DNA of 63,192 nt, counting the filler, from Olpidium bornovanus S191 (Eukaryota; Fungi; Olpidiomycota): NCBI GenBank assembly GCA_017911155.1. It is 29 parts of 29 records of this genome, joined end to end, with 100 filler letters (N's around TTAATTAATTAA, not from the genome) between each part and the next. Parts side by side here need not be neighbours in the genome. Positions count along the whole stretch, not along the records: positions 23,742 to 25,083 come from JAEFCI010004704.1; positions 25,184 to 27,443 come from JAEFCI010003388.1; positions 27,544 to 28,750 come from JAEFCI010000002.1; positions 28,851 to 32,902 come from JAEFCI010006072.1; positions 33,003 to 37,692 come from JAEFCI010004120.1; positions 37,793 to 39,413 come from JAEFCI010001978.1; 23 more parts are not named here. The stretch is one strand, 5' to 3'. Within the stretch, counting starts at the first letter, position 1; the number at the start of each line of letters is the position of its first letter. The notes beneath the pieces are model-generated. The model did not search any database and was not told where the DNA came from. It saw nothing but the letters and a program-made list of their open reading frames with translations. This document shows, in pieces, positions 25,047 through 37,935 of this stretch. The translations under genes and the position numbers were made by a program.

Positions 25047-27321
25047 GGTCGTTTCCCCCCCCCCCCCAAAAAAAAAAAAAAAANNNNNNNNNNNNNNNNN
25101 NNNNNNNNNNNNNNNNNNNNNNNNNNNTTAATTAATTAANNNNNNNNNNNNNNNNNNNNNNNNNNNNNNNNNNNNNNNNNNNNGGCCGCCAGGGTGAGCG
25201 GGTTGCGCTTCCGTTCGCCCGCAGCGCTTTAACTCTACCTTTCCGTACCGACGCAAACTTTCTTATCTTATTGTTGCCGAAGCAGACATCACCTGGCATA
25301 CATGCCAACGAGGCTGGACCCCGCGCACATCCGTCCCCGTCCCCTCCCTGTCCCTCTCCTCCTTCCTCTTTCGTCTTCCGTCCCCATCCCCGTCCCCGTC
25401 CACTCCCCGTCCCCGTCCACTGCCCGCCCTTTCCTCCTTTCTTCTTCCGTCTCCGTCCCCTCCCTGCGCCTCTCTCCCTTTCCTCTTTCGTCTTCCTTGT
25501 TTCCTTGTCTCGCGCCCAAATTAAGCAACTCAAAATTAAACAACTCAAAACGCATGACCGCCCGCTCCGCCCCCAAAATAAAAGGGGAAAAGAAAAGGAA
25601 AAAAAAAAAAACGAAAAGCTACTTTTTTCCCGCCCTTTCCCCCTTCTCCCCTTCTCCTCCCCCCCCAAGCCACACAACGGACGCTCCCGCCCAGACTTTG
25701 ACTTTTTGACCCGCGCGCCTTTTCTCTTTTCTGTGAAAAAAAAAAAAAGAAAAAGACGGGCCCGCGGGCGAGCGGGTCATCGCCGGCGAGGCGGCCACTG
25801 CTGTGGTTTCTGCCAAGAGGGGGGTTTTTTTCTTCTTTCCCCCTCCCCCTCCCCCACGCCATTTGCCCTTGCGCAAAGCCCGCCGCCCGGGACGGACAAA
25901 AAGGCCTCGCCGCCGCTCGGTCGACCGGCGCATACCTTGGACGGCATTGGAACGACCCGGCTGTGGAGTTTTTGTCCCCGCCGGGGACTTCTGCGAGGCC
26001 CTGTTTGCCTTGCCCGGCGGCGCGGCCGCGACTTGGGCCTGCACGGCGGCCGCCGTGTGCGGTGACGGCGACGGCTGCGCGGGCCGCCCGCGACGACGGG
26101 GCCGCCGCCGCGGCCGTCGCGGAGCGATCTCCAGAAACTGCAGGTTTGCGACCCTGGTGAGGCTCCGGCGCCGCCCAGCCGCGTCGTCGGACGATCCCGC
26201 GATCTGCGGTCGCTCTGCGCGCAGCGGTTGCGGCCGCGACGGCGTCCTGGACGTGTTGCTCGTTGGCGCAGCCGACACGTGCCATGTCCCGCGGACTATG
26301 AGCAGGTGCTGGAGGAGAAAGCAGGCTGCGCCTTGCCTGCCTGCGCGCGCCCCCTCGTTGCCGCGCGACGTCCAAGCGGGCAGCGTTTGTTCGCACCTGG
26401 GTTTCCTCCCCCGACCCCGTTGCCGCGCGCGACCACGCCCTGCGCCCGCAACAACCTCTTGCCCACCCCACGTGCTTGTACCACAATATCTTTATAAGAG
26501 TGCAATTAAGATATCACCAGGTTACATTTATCACTAATCCAGGCGCGGGCGCCATCATCGTAGTAGCAGAAACCGGTATCGCGGATGGCTGTGAGCATCG
26601 TAGGCAGTGACACGTGTCTGCCTTCGCCCGTTGCAGCGCGACTCGGCGGCCTTCCCCGGACCGTCCTTCGCCCGTTGCCGGCGTCGCTCGCTGGATCGTC
26701 TGCCCTTCCTCCGGCATCAAAAGACACACCCCACTCGGATGAACGTTCGAAATTACCCCGCTGAAGGTTGCCAGTAGCCAAACTTCTCGGTGTCGCCCTT
26801 TCTAACACGAGGACGAAGACGAAAACCGCGCACCGCCGCGGTGTTCGCAGGTCGGAGGCTCTTAGGCCAGGAGGCAAAAACACTGGGGCTTCGGCAACGG
26901 GGGTTGCCAAGGTGCACAGCACATCGCGTCGCACTCCTCGTACTTTTCTTGCCGACATGCGCGGAAAGCCAAGGCGCGCGCCGATGCGATGCGTGCGGCC
27001 CGTGGCCGGGAGCAGCTCGCCCGAAGCTGGTGCTGCACCAGACGTCGGACCCGGTCGGGCGGCCCGTGGTTCCACGGGCTTGTCAACGGTGAAGCTGCGG
27101 GAGAATAGGGGGGCGCTGGGGAAGGCCGTGTTTGCTGTAGGGATCCATGTCTTGTCCGGGTTTCTGGAGGGCCCGCACCTTGGTGGGAGAAAGGAAACCG
27201 GGCACCGGCGGCCGACGTGTTGTTGTGGTTGTTCGGGGCGGGTGCGAGATGTGTGTGTCCGGTGTCGTTCCGCGTGCGGCGAAAGAGCGAGAAGCGAGAC
27301 AGCCGTGTGAATTTCCCGGCA

Positions 27322-27443
27322 GGCAAAAAAAAAAGGCAAAAAAAAGGCAAAAAAAGGCAAAAAAAAGGCAAAAAAAAGGCAAAAAAAAGGCAAAAAAAAG
27401 GCAAAAAAAAGGCAAAAAAAAGGCAAAAAAAAGGCAAAAAAAA
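27322..27443. repeat. (GGCAAAAAAA)n ~10-11 bp satellite at contig end
   Basis: About 11 consecutive units running into the gap. Confidence 0.9.
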
Positions 27444-27543
27444 NNNNNNNNNNNNNNNNNNNNNNNNNNNNNNNNNNNNNNNNNNNNTTAATTAATTAAN
27501 NNNNNNNNNNNNNNNNNNNNNNNNNNNNNNNNNNNNNNNNNNN

Positions 27544-28750
27544 TAGTATGTGGACCCCAACGGGCATCCAAAGCTGCGAACCAGGCGGGGTGCAGCTTCC
27601 AATCAGTAGTGTGCGAACGTGAAGCGAGGAACGACGAAGCGTCGTCAGGGAGAGGCGGGCGATAAGCCACTGAAGAGACAAGAGGCTCCGGCATTGAAAC
27701 AACACTTCCATCAGGGGGGCGAAGCCCGCCCTTGATGTCATCACTTAGCGGCAAAAGAACTTTGTCCTTGAGGTCGTTTCCGTGTCCTTCTTCGAAGGCG
27801 TCGTCGAGCAAGCGATCCGACATAAAACGATATGCCAAACGATATAACGACGCGGGCAAACGATCCAACGCGGCGCTGTTGTTGTTGAGGCCGCAAAGAA
27901 CCTTGTCCTCGATGCCGTCATCGAGCAAACGATCCAAACGATCCAACGCGGCGACATCCAAATGATCCGACGCGGCGGCATCCTTGGCATCCTCCTCCCC
28001 CTCCTGCTTGGCGACGAGGCGGGAAAGTGCATCTGCATCACGGTGGCGAGCTGCACTGCGTTGACGACATTCGAAGGGAAAGTCGGCGAAAAACATGACC
28101 CAACGGGCAAACTTGCCGGAGAGGTCAGGCTTCTTGATCAAATCAACGATCGCCGTACAGTCGGTCCACAAAACAAAAAGAGAGTGTAAAAGAAACGGGC
28201 GGTATTCGCGACAGGAACGGACAACTGTGAAACATTGTCGTTCTGGCTGACTGTAGTTCTGCTCCGTCCGCGAGAGCTTCCAACTGCCATAGTAGCACAC
28301 CCTGTGGTGGACCACACGTTCCCGATTTCATTACGTGTCATGCACTCTCCCGGCGCTATCCAGTTCTGGTAATACAGGGGTCGTCGCGTTGACACAGGTT
28401 GCCGGAAATCGCGCGTGGACCGGCATCGACTGCGAGCTCGAAGGTGCGCGACGGATCGGGGTGAGTAACGACAGGAGCAGAGGCCAAGAACGCTTTCAAA
28501 GAACAGAAGCTCTCTTCTTCAACAGAGGTCCAGCGCCAGGGCGTCGATTTGCGCATAAGATCCGTGAGCGGGGCAGTAATGGCGGCGAAGTCGACCAGCA
28601 GGCAGCGGAAGTACTGCGCAAGTCCGACAAATTCGTGCACGGCACGGATCGTGGTCGGGCGGGGAATTGCAACTAGCTTTTCGACTTTGGCGGGGTCGGC
28701 AGCGACGGAATCCCCCGAGACCTGCCATCCCCACACCACCAAGTCGCCAA
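27544..28750 (-). mobile_element. Decayed Ty3/gypsy pol fragment (RT end + RNase H) followed by a DIRS-like peptide
   Basis: ADPAKVEKLVAIPRPTTIRAVHEFVGLAQYFR..AAITAPLTDLMRK; frameshift; EQNYSQPERQCF..LWTDC..GKFARW..HRDADALSRL; ends LASRSHTTDWKLHPAWFAALDARWGPHT. Confidence 0.88.
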
Positions 28751-28879
28751 NNNNNNNNNNNNNNNNNNNNNNNNNNNNNNNNNNNNNNNNNNNNTTAATT
28801 AATTAANNNNNNNNNNNNNNNNNNNNNNNNNNNNNNNNNNNNNNNNNNNNCACTGACCCGCGCGCGCCCCCCCCCCCCC

Positions 28880-28915
<36 letters not shown>

Positions 28916-29931
28916 CCTCCGCGGGACGCGCCTTTGTCCACCCCGCCCGCCCGCGGAAACCTAGCAACGCCCCCGCCCCCGACCCCACCCCGAATAAAAA
29001 CAACCCCGCGCGGCTGGCTGCTACGCAGCAAAATCCCGCACACCCCCCACCTAACCCCATCGGGAAGGATGGCCCGGCCGGGCGGTGGGCGGGGGGCGGG
29101 GGGGGCGAGGGGGAAGGTGCGGAGCGGGGGTGGGGACGAAAGGACGCGACGGCCCTGATCAAGCAACCGCTGCGCCCCAGCACATTGAACAAGCTTCGAC
29201 AAATTTTATTTTTTCTTTTCCATCTTCTCCACAAGATACGATCTGCCGCGGTGCGTCCGCAGACGCAGACGCCGGGCATGTATCTCAATTCTTTCGAACG
29301 CTGTGATATTTTCCGCTCGTCCAGATGCCGATGCGGACCGATCTCGACGAACGGCCGAACAAGAAGAGAAAAAAACATGCCCCGTCACGCGTTGATAAAA
29401 CTCCGAGCCTAAAGCCAGGCAGCAAAAGAAAGGGGGGGGGGGAAAGCAAATCCCTCTCTGCAACGGAGCAGCCAGGCCAGACCGTTTTGTATAAGTGAAC
29501 GAGGATGTTGCCCGTGGAGTTCGGTTGTGGGCCGTTCGACACGTGCGCGCCACCGACGGCACCCTCGCCCAAGTCTGCAATCCGCCTTTTCCGCCAAGGA
29601 GCCGGTTCCTGGCAGTTTTCTCGAGATTCTTCCGTCTTCATTATTGGGATTAAAGGTTGAAAAGCCAGGGAAAGAAAAAAACCCGCTCTGCTTGCTTTCT
29701 TCGTCGCCGTTCTTCCCCCTGCGGCGCCGGCGAAGAATGGCTTTTTTTTTTTTTTTTTTTGGTTATTTTCGAAAGCAGAGAGCCGCGCGAGAGTGGCGCC
29801 CCGAGGCCGCGGTAGATGAGGAGGAAAAAACAACAAAAAAAAATATTTCTTTCCCGCCCTGGCCGCCCGTCCCCGCCCGCCGCGCGCGGTTTAGGCTTTT
29901 CCCACCCGCGGCAGCAGCAAAATAACACGGA

Positions 29932-32177
29932 ATGTCGGGAACGCCGCCGCGCGCGCGCGGCGCGGCGAACGGCGAAGCCGGCGCGGCAAGGGCGGCCGGC
30001 GCTCCCAAGTCGCCGGCGCAGGCGAGCCTGAAGCTGCCCCCAACGTCTCTGAGCCGCCCGAAGCATGCCGGAACTTCGCAAGGCTTGCCGTCGGGCGCGT
30101 CGGCGGGAACCACTCAGTCGGCTGGGCGGGGCCTGGTCTTGCCCCCTTCGTCCCTGTCCAAAGTCGTCCCTCCGCCACCGCCGCCGCCGCCGCCGCCACC
30201 GAACCCCGCGAACGACAGCAGCGGCCGGAGCAGCGCGGACTCCAGCGCGAGTAACAGTCCCCTGATCTCGTCCTTGGGCCTGGGTTCCATACCGAACGTA
30301 CCTGGGAATTCGCCGGAGGCGGTGAACTGGGGTCCCCCTCTGCCGAACAGCGATGCGAACGCGACGCCCGCGTTGGACGCGCTGATTTCCGGCGAGCTCG
30401 CCGCCCTGCTCGCGGCCGGCTCGTCGCCGCCGGCCCCGCCTGTACCGGCCACCGTCTCGCCGAGCCAACTTTTGCTTGCGCCCAAGGCGGAGCGGATGCC
30501 GAGCAAAGTCGGGTCTGAAGTGCCACGATGCTCGGGATTACCGCCGGCGCAGAAAGCGCAAAAGCGCCAACGTCTCCAGTTGCCGCAGCAACAGCAGAAG
30601 GTGCGTTGGTTCGTGCTGCTTCGTGGCCACGATGTGGGGTGAAGGGGGAGGCGGGGCGGGGGGGGGAAAAGAGGGGGAGCGAAGGGTGCCCCGCCCGTCT
30701 GCACCGTTCTGTGCGGAGCTGATTCGACGCGGCCGTACGGTTTCAGAAGCGGCCGGGTAGTGCCGAAGGCGGCGCAGATTTAGGGCTGCCGGGACCGGCC
30801 AGGACGGATAAGCCCGCGAAGCTGCGAAAAGAGCGGAACGGTGATGCCGGAAATCGGTGCGAACCCGCTGGAACGCGTTCGGCACCGAGTGCCGAGGACC
30901 TTCCAAACGCCGGTCGCAAAAAGTCGCGACAGCATCCCGCCGGTTCTGGGAGCAACAGGGAGATTGCGCTGCTGCCGATCGCCGTTTCCGGAGCGGAGGA
31001 TGCGAACAGCGTCGCAGCTCAGGCCGGTCCACCACCCGCAGTCGGAGTCGGCCCGATTCCGGCGCCAGCGGCGGGGGAACCTCCGCCTAATCTACCTGGC
31101 GCTGTTCCTTCCGCCGTTCCAGCCGCTGCCGTGACGGCGCCCAGTGGTGCAACGTTATTGGCGGGTTCTTCCGGCGGACCTCCCCTCCAGAGACAGCGGG
31201 CGCCCCGCACTGGCCTCCCCGTCGAGGCGATGACGATTCCAGTTGTGGATCAGGCGACAGGAGCAAAGCGTATGGCTCCGGAAGCCGGCACAGACGACAA
31301 GCAGCGCTCCCAGCCTTCACTTTCCTACGTCGGCAAGAGGACGATGCACGAGATTCTCGAGCAGGTCGACCCGAACGAGCGAATGGAAGATGACCTCGAG
31401 GAGGTGAGCGCTGAGCTCCGGTAACTCGGGCGTGATATCAGACTTTTCCACCCGCATCAAATCCAAGGAGTTCCGCTTGCAACAGTCCAAGTGGCACTAC
31501 CGCCGCCCATGGTTTCTGTCCGATCCGATTAGGTCCTATGCGAAGTTGTTGCTGATGGTCACTTCGCCCTTTGCACGGGTTACCGGTTGCCCTGCCTACT
31601 GGTTTTTTTATTTTACTGTCCTGACTCTGCTGCTGACCGTCACGTTTCGTTCTCGTACTTGATATCCATGGAGATTTTGCTGGAGATTGCAGATGAATTT
31701 ATTGAATCCGTGACCCGATTCGCCTGCGATCTGGCGAAGCACAGAAAGTGCAATACTGTCGAGGTGAAGGACTTGCAGCTCCATCTTGGTACGTTTCTGA
31801 TTATTCTCTCCCTCCCCCTCCGGCCGCCCGTACCCCCACATCCTCCCGGCCGCCGGATGCTCTGTTTGCAGCAGCAGGGTGTTGCTTTTCTGCCCGCTTA
31901 TAACGTGCCGTGTTCCCCAGACCAGAACTGGAACATCAGGATCCCGGGCTTCGCCAGCGACGAGATCCGGTATCATCGCAAACCCGTAATTTTTCCGGGG
32001 TACGCACAACAGGCGGCCGCAGTCCGGAAAGCGCGGGCGGCCGACAAAGCGAAGGTGGCCTCTGCTGACCCCCCGGCGACAACGGCCGCTTCCGCTGCGC
32101 CGCTGTCTGGCGCAGCCAGTGCCGGATCTGGCCGCATGCCGACGCCTGGTGGATTGCCACCCGCTTCTGCAACGTGA
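29932..32177 (+). CDS. TAF12: TFIID/SAGA subunit TAF12 with long low-complexity N-terminus, multi-exon
   Basis: [23 protein letters not shown]|[38 protein letters not shown]|[11 protein letters not shown] histone fold; the start and first exon are less certain. Confidence 0.92.
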
Positions 32178-32859
32178 TTTCGTTTTCGCATCTCTATTCT
32201 CTCATCTTCAGATTGTAAATATCCGCATTTTAGACCATGTAGGCACCGCAAAAAAAAATGTCCAAATCCACGCGAGCCCGCCCTAACCTTGGTGCAGTCC
32301 GACACGCACTGGCTAGTGAGAATATCTCCCGCCACGTTATTCTGTATACCGACTCCGGCATTCGAGTAAAGCTGACGGAAAAATGACCGGGCCAGGGCAG
32401 AGACCATCAATCAGTCCGGTTCGCGCTCCATCAATTCCGGACTCGCTCGACCAACTCCTCGCGTCTCCAGCCCGTGGCACCTGCGTTGCCCTTGCCGACC
32501 ACTGCACCTCGCGGCGAGGCTCACCGGCGCGCGTCTGCGCGTCGCTGGCGGCGGGCGGAGGTCCGCAGGGAGGTGAACCAACGTGCTTCTCGACTTTTTT
32601 TTTTTGTCCTGCCCGTCCGCGCGCGCACGTCTCGGTTATTGCGTCTTTTCTGTTCATCCGCCCGCGGGTGGAGGGTGGGTTGAGATTTCATCCCCCGCAT
32701 TTCGCGCCGAATCCGTGTCGCAGCCGCGCGCAGGGAAAAAACGAAAAAGAAAAAAAAAAGAAAAAAGAAAAAGTTCCCCGTCCGGTTTCTCCCGGATTGG
32801 ACGGCCGGCAGAAACGGGGCGGGAAACGGCCGATTGGTGCAGCATTTTTCCTCCTGGGC

Positions 32860-32902
<43 letters not shown>

Positions 32903-33218
32903 NNNNNNNNNNNNNNNNNNNNNNNNNNNNNNNNNNNNNNNNNNNNTTAATTAATTAANNNNNNNNNNNNNNNNNNNNNNNNNNNNNNNNNNNNNNNNNN
33001 NNCCCCCCCCCCCCCCCACACACACACACACGGGCGCGCGCGCGCAAAGGGAGCGCTGACTGCCGCCTCGTCCTCCCCACGCAAAACTCTGAACGGCGGC
33101 AGAATCGGCGAAACTCCAATCAAGCGGGTTTTTGTTTTAATGTCCCCGACGCCCGCTTTTTCCCCCCTCCGCATCCCCCCCCCCCCCCCCCCTCCTCTTC
33201 CCCCCCCCCCCCCCCCCC

Positions 33219-33256
<38 letters not shown>

Positions 33257-33456
33257 CCTGCGGCTGCCAGAAGGAAGGAGGGGGTGGCGGCGGAGAGTCT
33301 TGGGACTTGGGCAGCCGGGACCGTCCCGCCCCCCTCCCGTTCCCTCCCCCGCGTTTTCGCTCCCTCGGCGTTCCTCCCCGTTCCTCCCCCGTTCCCGCCG
33401 CGCGCGCCTCGTCAAAAACCGAAAGTCGAAAAAAAAAAGAAAAAAAAATTTAGAAA

Positions 33457-34872
33457 ATGGCCGCGACCTCGGAGACCGACGGCTTCCGGCTGAACCACAC
33501 GATGATACGCGTGAAGGTACGGCGGTTCGGAAAAGACGGGGCTCTCTCTTTCTCTCTCTCTCTCTCTCTTTTTCCACCGCTCCCCCCTCTGTTCTGCTCT
33601 CTCGCTCGCCCACGTCCTACCGCTGCGTCCGTCGCCGCCCCGCCCTCCGTTCGCCCCCCACGTTCGCCGCGGCATGTGGCGTCGCTTTATCTGACTCGTA
33701 AACCGGGTCTTCCCCCGCCTCCCTCGCCGCCGAATGCCTTCCCGCCCGCTCACCTCCCCAACCCTCCCCGCGGCAACTAGGACTTGGAGGCTTCCCTGGA
33801 CTTTTACGAACGGGTCCTGGGCATGACGTCGGTTTTTTTAGCGGGGCGCTCAAAAAAGGAAAACGGAGGCGTAAAAATAAAAAAAACGCTGTATGTCCGC
33901 TTACCCGTGTTAACAAGAAAAACGCGACTTCGCGGACCCGTGGACTTCCCAGGAAGATCACTCAAGTACGAAAAAACGCTGCGTTTGTGCGCGCGCGAAA
34001 CCGGAATACCGTGGTTTCCAGACTCCTTACTGTTCGCCCCCGCCGCCCTGTCCCCGCCCCTCTCCTCCTCCTCCTCCTCCTCCTCTTTTTTTGGCCCCCG
34101 TCTTTCCCCTTCCCCGTGCGAAAAGTGGGACTTCGAAAGCGGCAAATTTTCCTTGTGCTTCCTGGGATACGTCGATGCGAGCAGCATCCCGAAAGGCGGG
34201 GACACTCCGGAGATGAGGCGCTTCATCTTCAGCCATAGTGGCCTCGTGGAGCTTTGTCACAGTAATGATTTCTCTGTTTAGAACGGGGACGGTATTTTTT
34301 TTTTTTTTTTTTTTTGCAGGCCGAAATTGGCTTATTATATGTTCTGTGCGCATTTCTTGTTTCCGCCGGTTCGCAGATTGGGGCACCGAGTCCGACGCAA
34401 AGTAGGCCCCCGGCAAACTGCTGTCCTCCAAAGTTTTACGCTTCGTCTAATAACAAGGTCGTTGCCAGCTTCCAAGGTTACCACTCCGGGAACGTTGAGG
34501 TGCGCTCGACCGGTCTCGGGTTCCCGACGGTGCCGCCTGTGGCTGCGGGTCTTGGCTGCTGACACACGAATTCTCCTTCTACCGGCTGGGTGGTGACCTA
34601 GCCAAGAGGTTTCGGCCACCTGGCTGTCAGTGTTCCTGATGTTCAGAAGGCGTGCGAGCGGTTTGAGCGCCTCGGGTGCAAGTTCGTAAAGAAGCTAGAC
34701 GAGGGAAAAATGAAGGACATAGCGTTTTTGGCGGTAAGCTTCAAATCGCGAGTTTCCGAGAATCACCTTTTTTTCCCGCAGTCATCTGCTCAGAAGCGAA
34801 AATAGACGCCTAACAAAAATTCCGGACAAATACCGCCAGGACCCCGATGGCTACTGGGTCGAGATCGTCTGA
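33457..34872 (+). CDS. GLO1: Glyoxalase I (lactoylglutathione lyase), single-domain type, multi-exon
   Basis: [11 protein letters not shown]|[63 protein letters not shown]|[10 protein letters not shown]. Confidence 0.95.
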
Positions 34873-35158
34873 CCGAAGCGCGTCGCAGTTCACATCAGTC
34901 GAAAATTTTTTGCTGCAACACGTACTTCAGATTGCAAAAAACACGTTCGCAAATACACCCTGATCTGGGTTGAAAATCCAACAACCCCTCCAACGTTTTG
35001 TGCAAGACGGCGGATTTGCCGTCTTCGCCTTCATTGGAATCCTGAACATGGACTGAACACCCACCATGTGTGGTTCGCATCACAGTCGCCGTCAATCACC
35101 GCCCGCAACTGCAAAGTAACAACTTGATTTGGACGGGCAACTGCCGAGGTTGTTTACT

Positions 35159-37488
35159 TTATGGAGGTGCTTTGAGGCCGGATAAGCACCCAGGACAATT
35201 GTGGAGGACCTGGAAGGAGTAATGAAGAAGCGTTCAGTCCGAGTCTCAAAAGTCACCACAAAAGAGCCAGAGAGACGAACCTCGTGGATGAAAATATCGC
35301 AGTCGAAACAGAACTGCTGACGGCAGTTGGGGCACCTGAACCTTCCGGTGCTCAGTGCAGGCGACACCAGCGCCCCGGCTGCGGCGCCGCCCGCGCCCCG
35401 GCGCCCGGCTGGCGGCGGCGGTTGCGGATCGGAGACTGGCGGCGAATTCTCGAAGCGGACCAGGCACGAGCTGCAGTGTGTCGTCGTTGCCCTTTCCGAG
35501 TGACGTTCACAGACATACACAAAACGTCAGCCATCCGCGAGTTCGGCGCGTTAGGTGCGAGACCAAGCAACCGCGAGCGGGTGCGCGGAGGCAGCCAAGG
35601 CCAGCGACATACTCGGCCCAAGGAACCTCCGAGTAGTTCTCGACGGGAAAAAGATGGTGATAGGACCTCGCAAGGTGCGGCGAGCTCACGAGCGTCAAGG
35701 AACACACGTCGCATTTTGTCGGCAGCTCGCAGATTTTGGATGCGCACCGCGGACACCGGTACCCTCCCTGCGTGAGCTTTTGGTGGCTACAGAATGGTAA
35801 ATCTCTCGCTCTTTTCACCACAGGAGAGCCCACCAGTCCCGCAGCAGGCCAGCATTTGATTCCCACCATGCACACAGGGTAGCCGCGTCGTCGGTGATCC
35901 GTTTTGGGAAGCCCATTACAACCAAGTTAGTTGCATCTGAGGCGGCCGTCACCGCAGGCGGCGGGATCAACTCGAAGAGAATCTCCTTGAAATGCGGCTC
36001 ATTCAAAGGAACGGCATAAGTTCCTGCGCCGCAGGGTTCCAGCAGAGTGCAAGGGACGAAAAAGAAAAAAGCGGCGGTAAGGTGAACTGTGGACGGCGTT
36101 CGCAAGTCGTTATACAAAAAAAAGAAAAACAAAAGGCCGCGGGTGGCCCAAGTTTTCCGGCCTCACAAACCCAAAACGAAGAAGAAGAAATAAATTTTGG
36201 AATTGAGGAGCCACCTTTGGTTTCCTTGCACAAAACTTTACAGATCTGGACTTCGGCGGCCAGGGCAATGACGGATGCACGAATATTGTCCTTCTTTACC
36301 TGCATAATGGTTCCGCTGAGGTCCCCGGGATCGCAGGTCGTCAGCGATGCCAGAATCACCAAGATCTCGCGTGACCCGTGGGCGGGTATGTGTCTGGATG
36401 TAAAGGAAAACGTGAGCAGCAGCGAGAGGGACGCCAAATAATGCGCCCCTCGATCCCATGTGGTTCCAGGCGACCACCGGCGCTTTGGGGACTGGGCAGC
36501 CCACGTACGTTAGAGATGACCTGGCAAGTTCCAACGCGTTCTGCAACGACGGCTCGCCAACTGCTTCCTGGTTTGCCCTATTCTGCAGGGTCCGGATGTG
36601 ATCCATGGGGTTGCCTTTTTGGTGAAAACGTTGCGGGCTTCACTTGTCAGCGGTATCTCATCTTCCGACGTGACAGCCCCTCGGCTACGCCCGTGTCCCG
36701 ATCCCCTACCCGACAGCTCCGTCAGCTTCTCCGCCACGCCGTCACGGGTCGTTATTATTCCGAGCTGCGATATTGGGTTCTGGTCAAAATACTCTTGGAC
36801 GAACTCGTACGCGTACTGGAACGTCAGCTCGAGTCGCGACGGCCGCAGATCCTTCTCCAGCATTGCGGTCGAGAGGTCAATAATCAGGAACAGGTGGCGG
36901 ATAATTCCGCGGTGGATCGTCGAGGTGTCACGGAGCAGTCTAGGGGGGAAAAGGGGGTGACGGGGGGGGGCGGAGGGGTAGAAGACGGTAACGCGGACGG
37001 GGGATACGCAGTTTCCCCGCTTTAGAGAGCCTTTACCCTGGCGTTCCACTCGCTCCGCCCTTTCTTCTTTTCACCGCGCTGGGGATGTGCGGTCACGCAC
37101 AAACGCACCGTTTCCGCTTCTGCTGCTGCAGCAGGTTCTGCACGACGCTGCCGAGGCTCCCGGTCTCGTCCTCCTGCAGGACGTCCCAGCTCCGCTTGTA
37201 CTCCTCCTCCCAGCTGTACCCCGGCGCGGCGGAGGCGGCCTCCGCGCGCTCGCCTCCCGGGAGCGCGCCCGCGGCGCCCCCGCGAGACCTCCTCCTCTTG
37301 CTCCTCCGCGACCTTCCCCGCGGGTCGTACGTGTCGTCGTCGTCGTCGTCGTCGGCGCCGCCGCCGTCGCCGTCGCCGTCGCCGTCCCCGTCCACGTCCA
37401 CCTCGCTCGAGCTGTCCGCGGCGGCCGGCGGACCTCCGCCGGCGGCTCGCCGTCGCTCCGCGGCGGCCGCCGCCGCCCTCGCTGACAT
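35159..37488 (-). CDS. SSL1: TFIIH p44 subunit, apparently complete, multi-exon
   Basis: [130 protein letters not shown]|VLHNCPGC. Confidence 0.97.
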
Positions 37489-37868
37489 TGTCTTTTTTTT
37501 TTTTTTTTTTTTTTGTCCTTGTGTCAATTTCTTTCTACCCTCCCCGATGACGGGGCGGAACGGCAGAACGGCGGCAGGTGGGGAGGGGAAGGGATGCTCT
37601 CCCCTTCCGTTCCCCGTCCGTCCCGAGCAGGGAAAGCGGGGGGGGGGGGGGGGGAAAAAGGAAGGGGGGGGGGGGGGGGGGCCCCCCGGCCGNNNNNNNN
37701 NNNNNNNNNNNNNNNNNNNNNNNNNNNNNNNNNNNNTTAATTAATTAANNNNNNNNNNNNNNNNNNNNNNNNNNNNNNNNNNNNNNNNNNNNAATTCCCG
37801 CGGCGCCGTTTCGTGCGAGTTCTGGCTGCCATTTTTTGCCTTCGGTTTAACCCGGGCGAGGGGGGGGG

Positions 37869-37913
<45 letters not shown>

Positions 37914-37935
37914 GAAAAAGAAAAAGAAAAGGAAA

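Noticed and set aside
25184-27443. Many long overlapping ORFs (200-310 aa) in GC-rich or low-complexity DNA, likewise at 29650-30704, 45767-46850 and 59739-60650
   Set aside because: Stop-poor shadow frames of GC-rich and homopolymer sequence or antisense to real exons; no domain motifs.
27322-27443. Telomeric repeat
   Set aside because: GGCAAAAAAA lacks the G-rich/C-rich strand asymmetry of telomeres and unit length varies; treated as a satellite.
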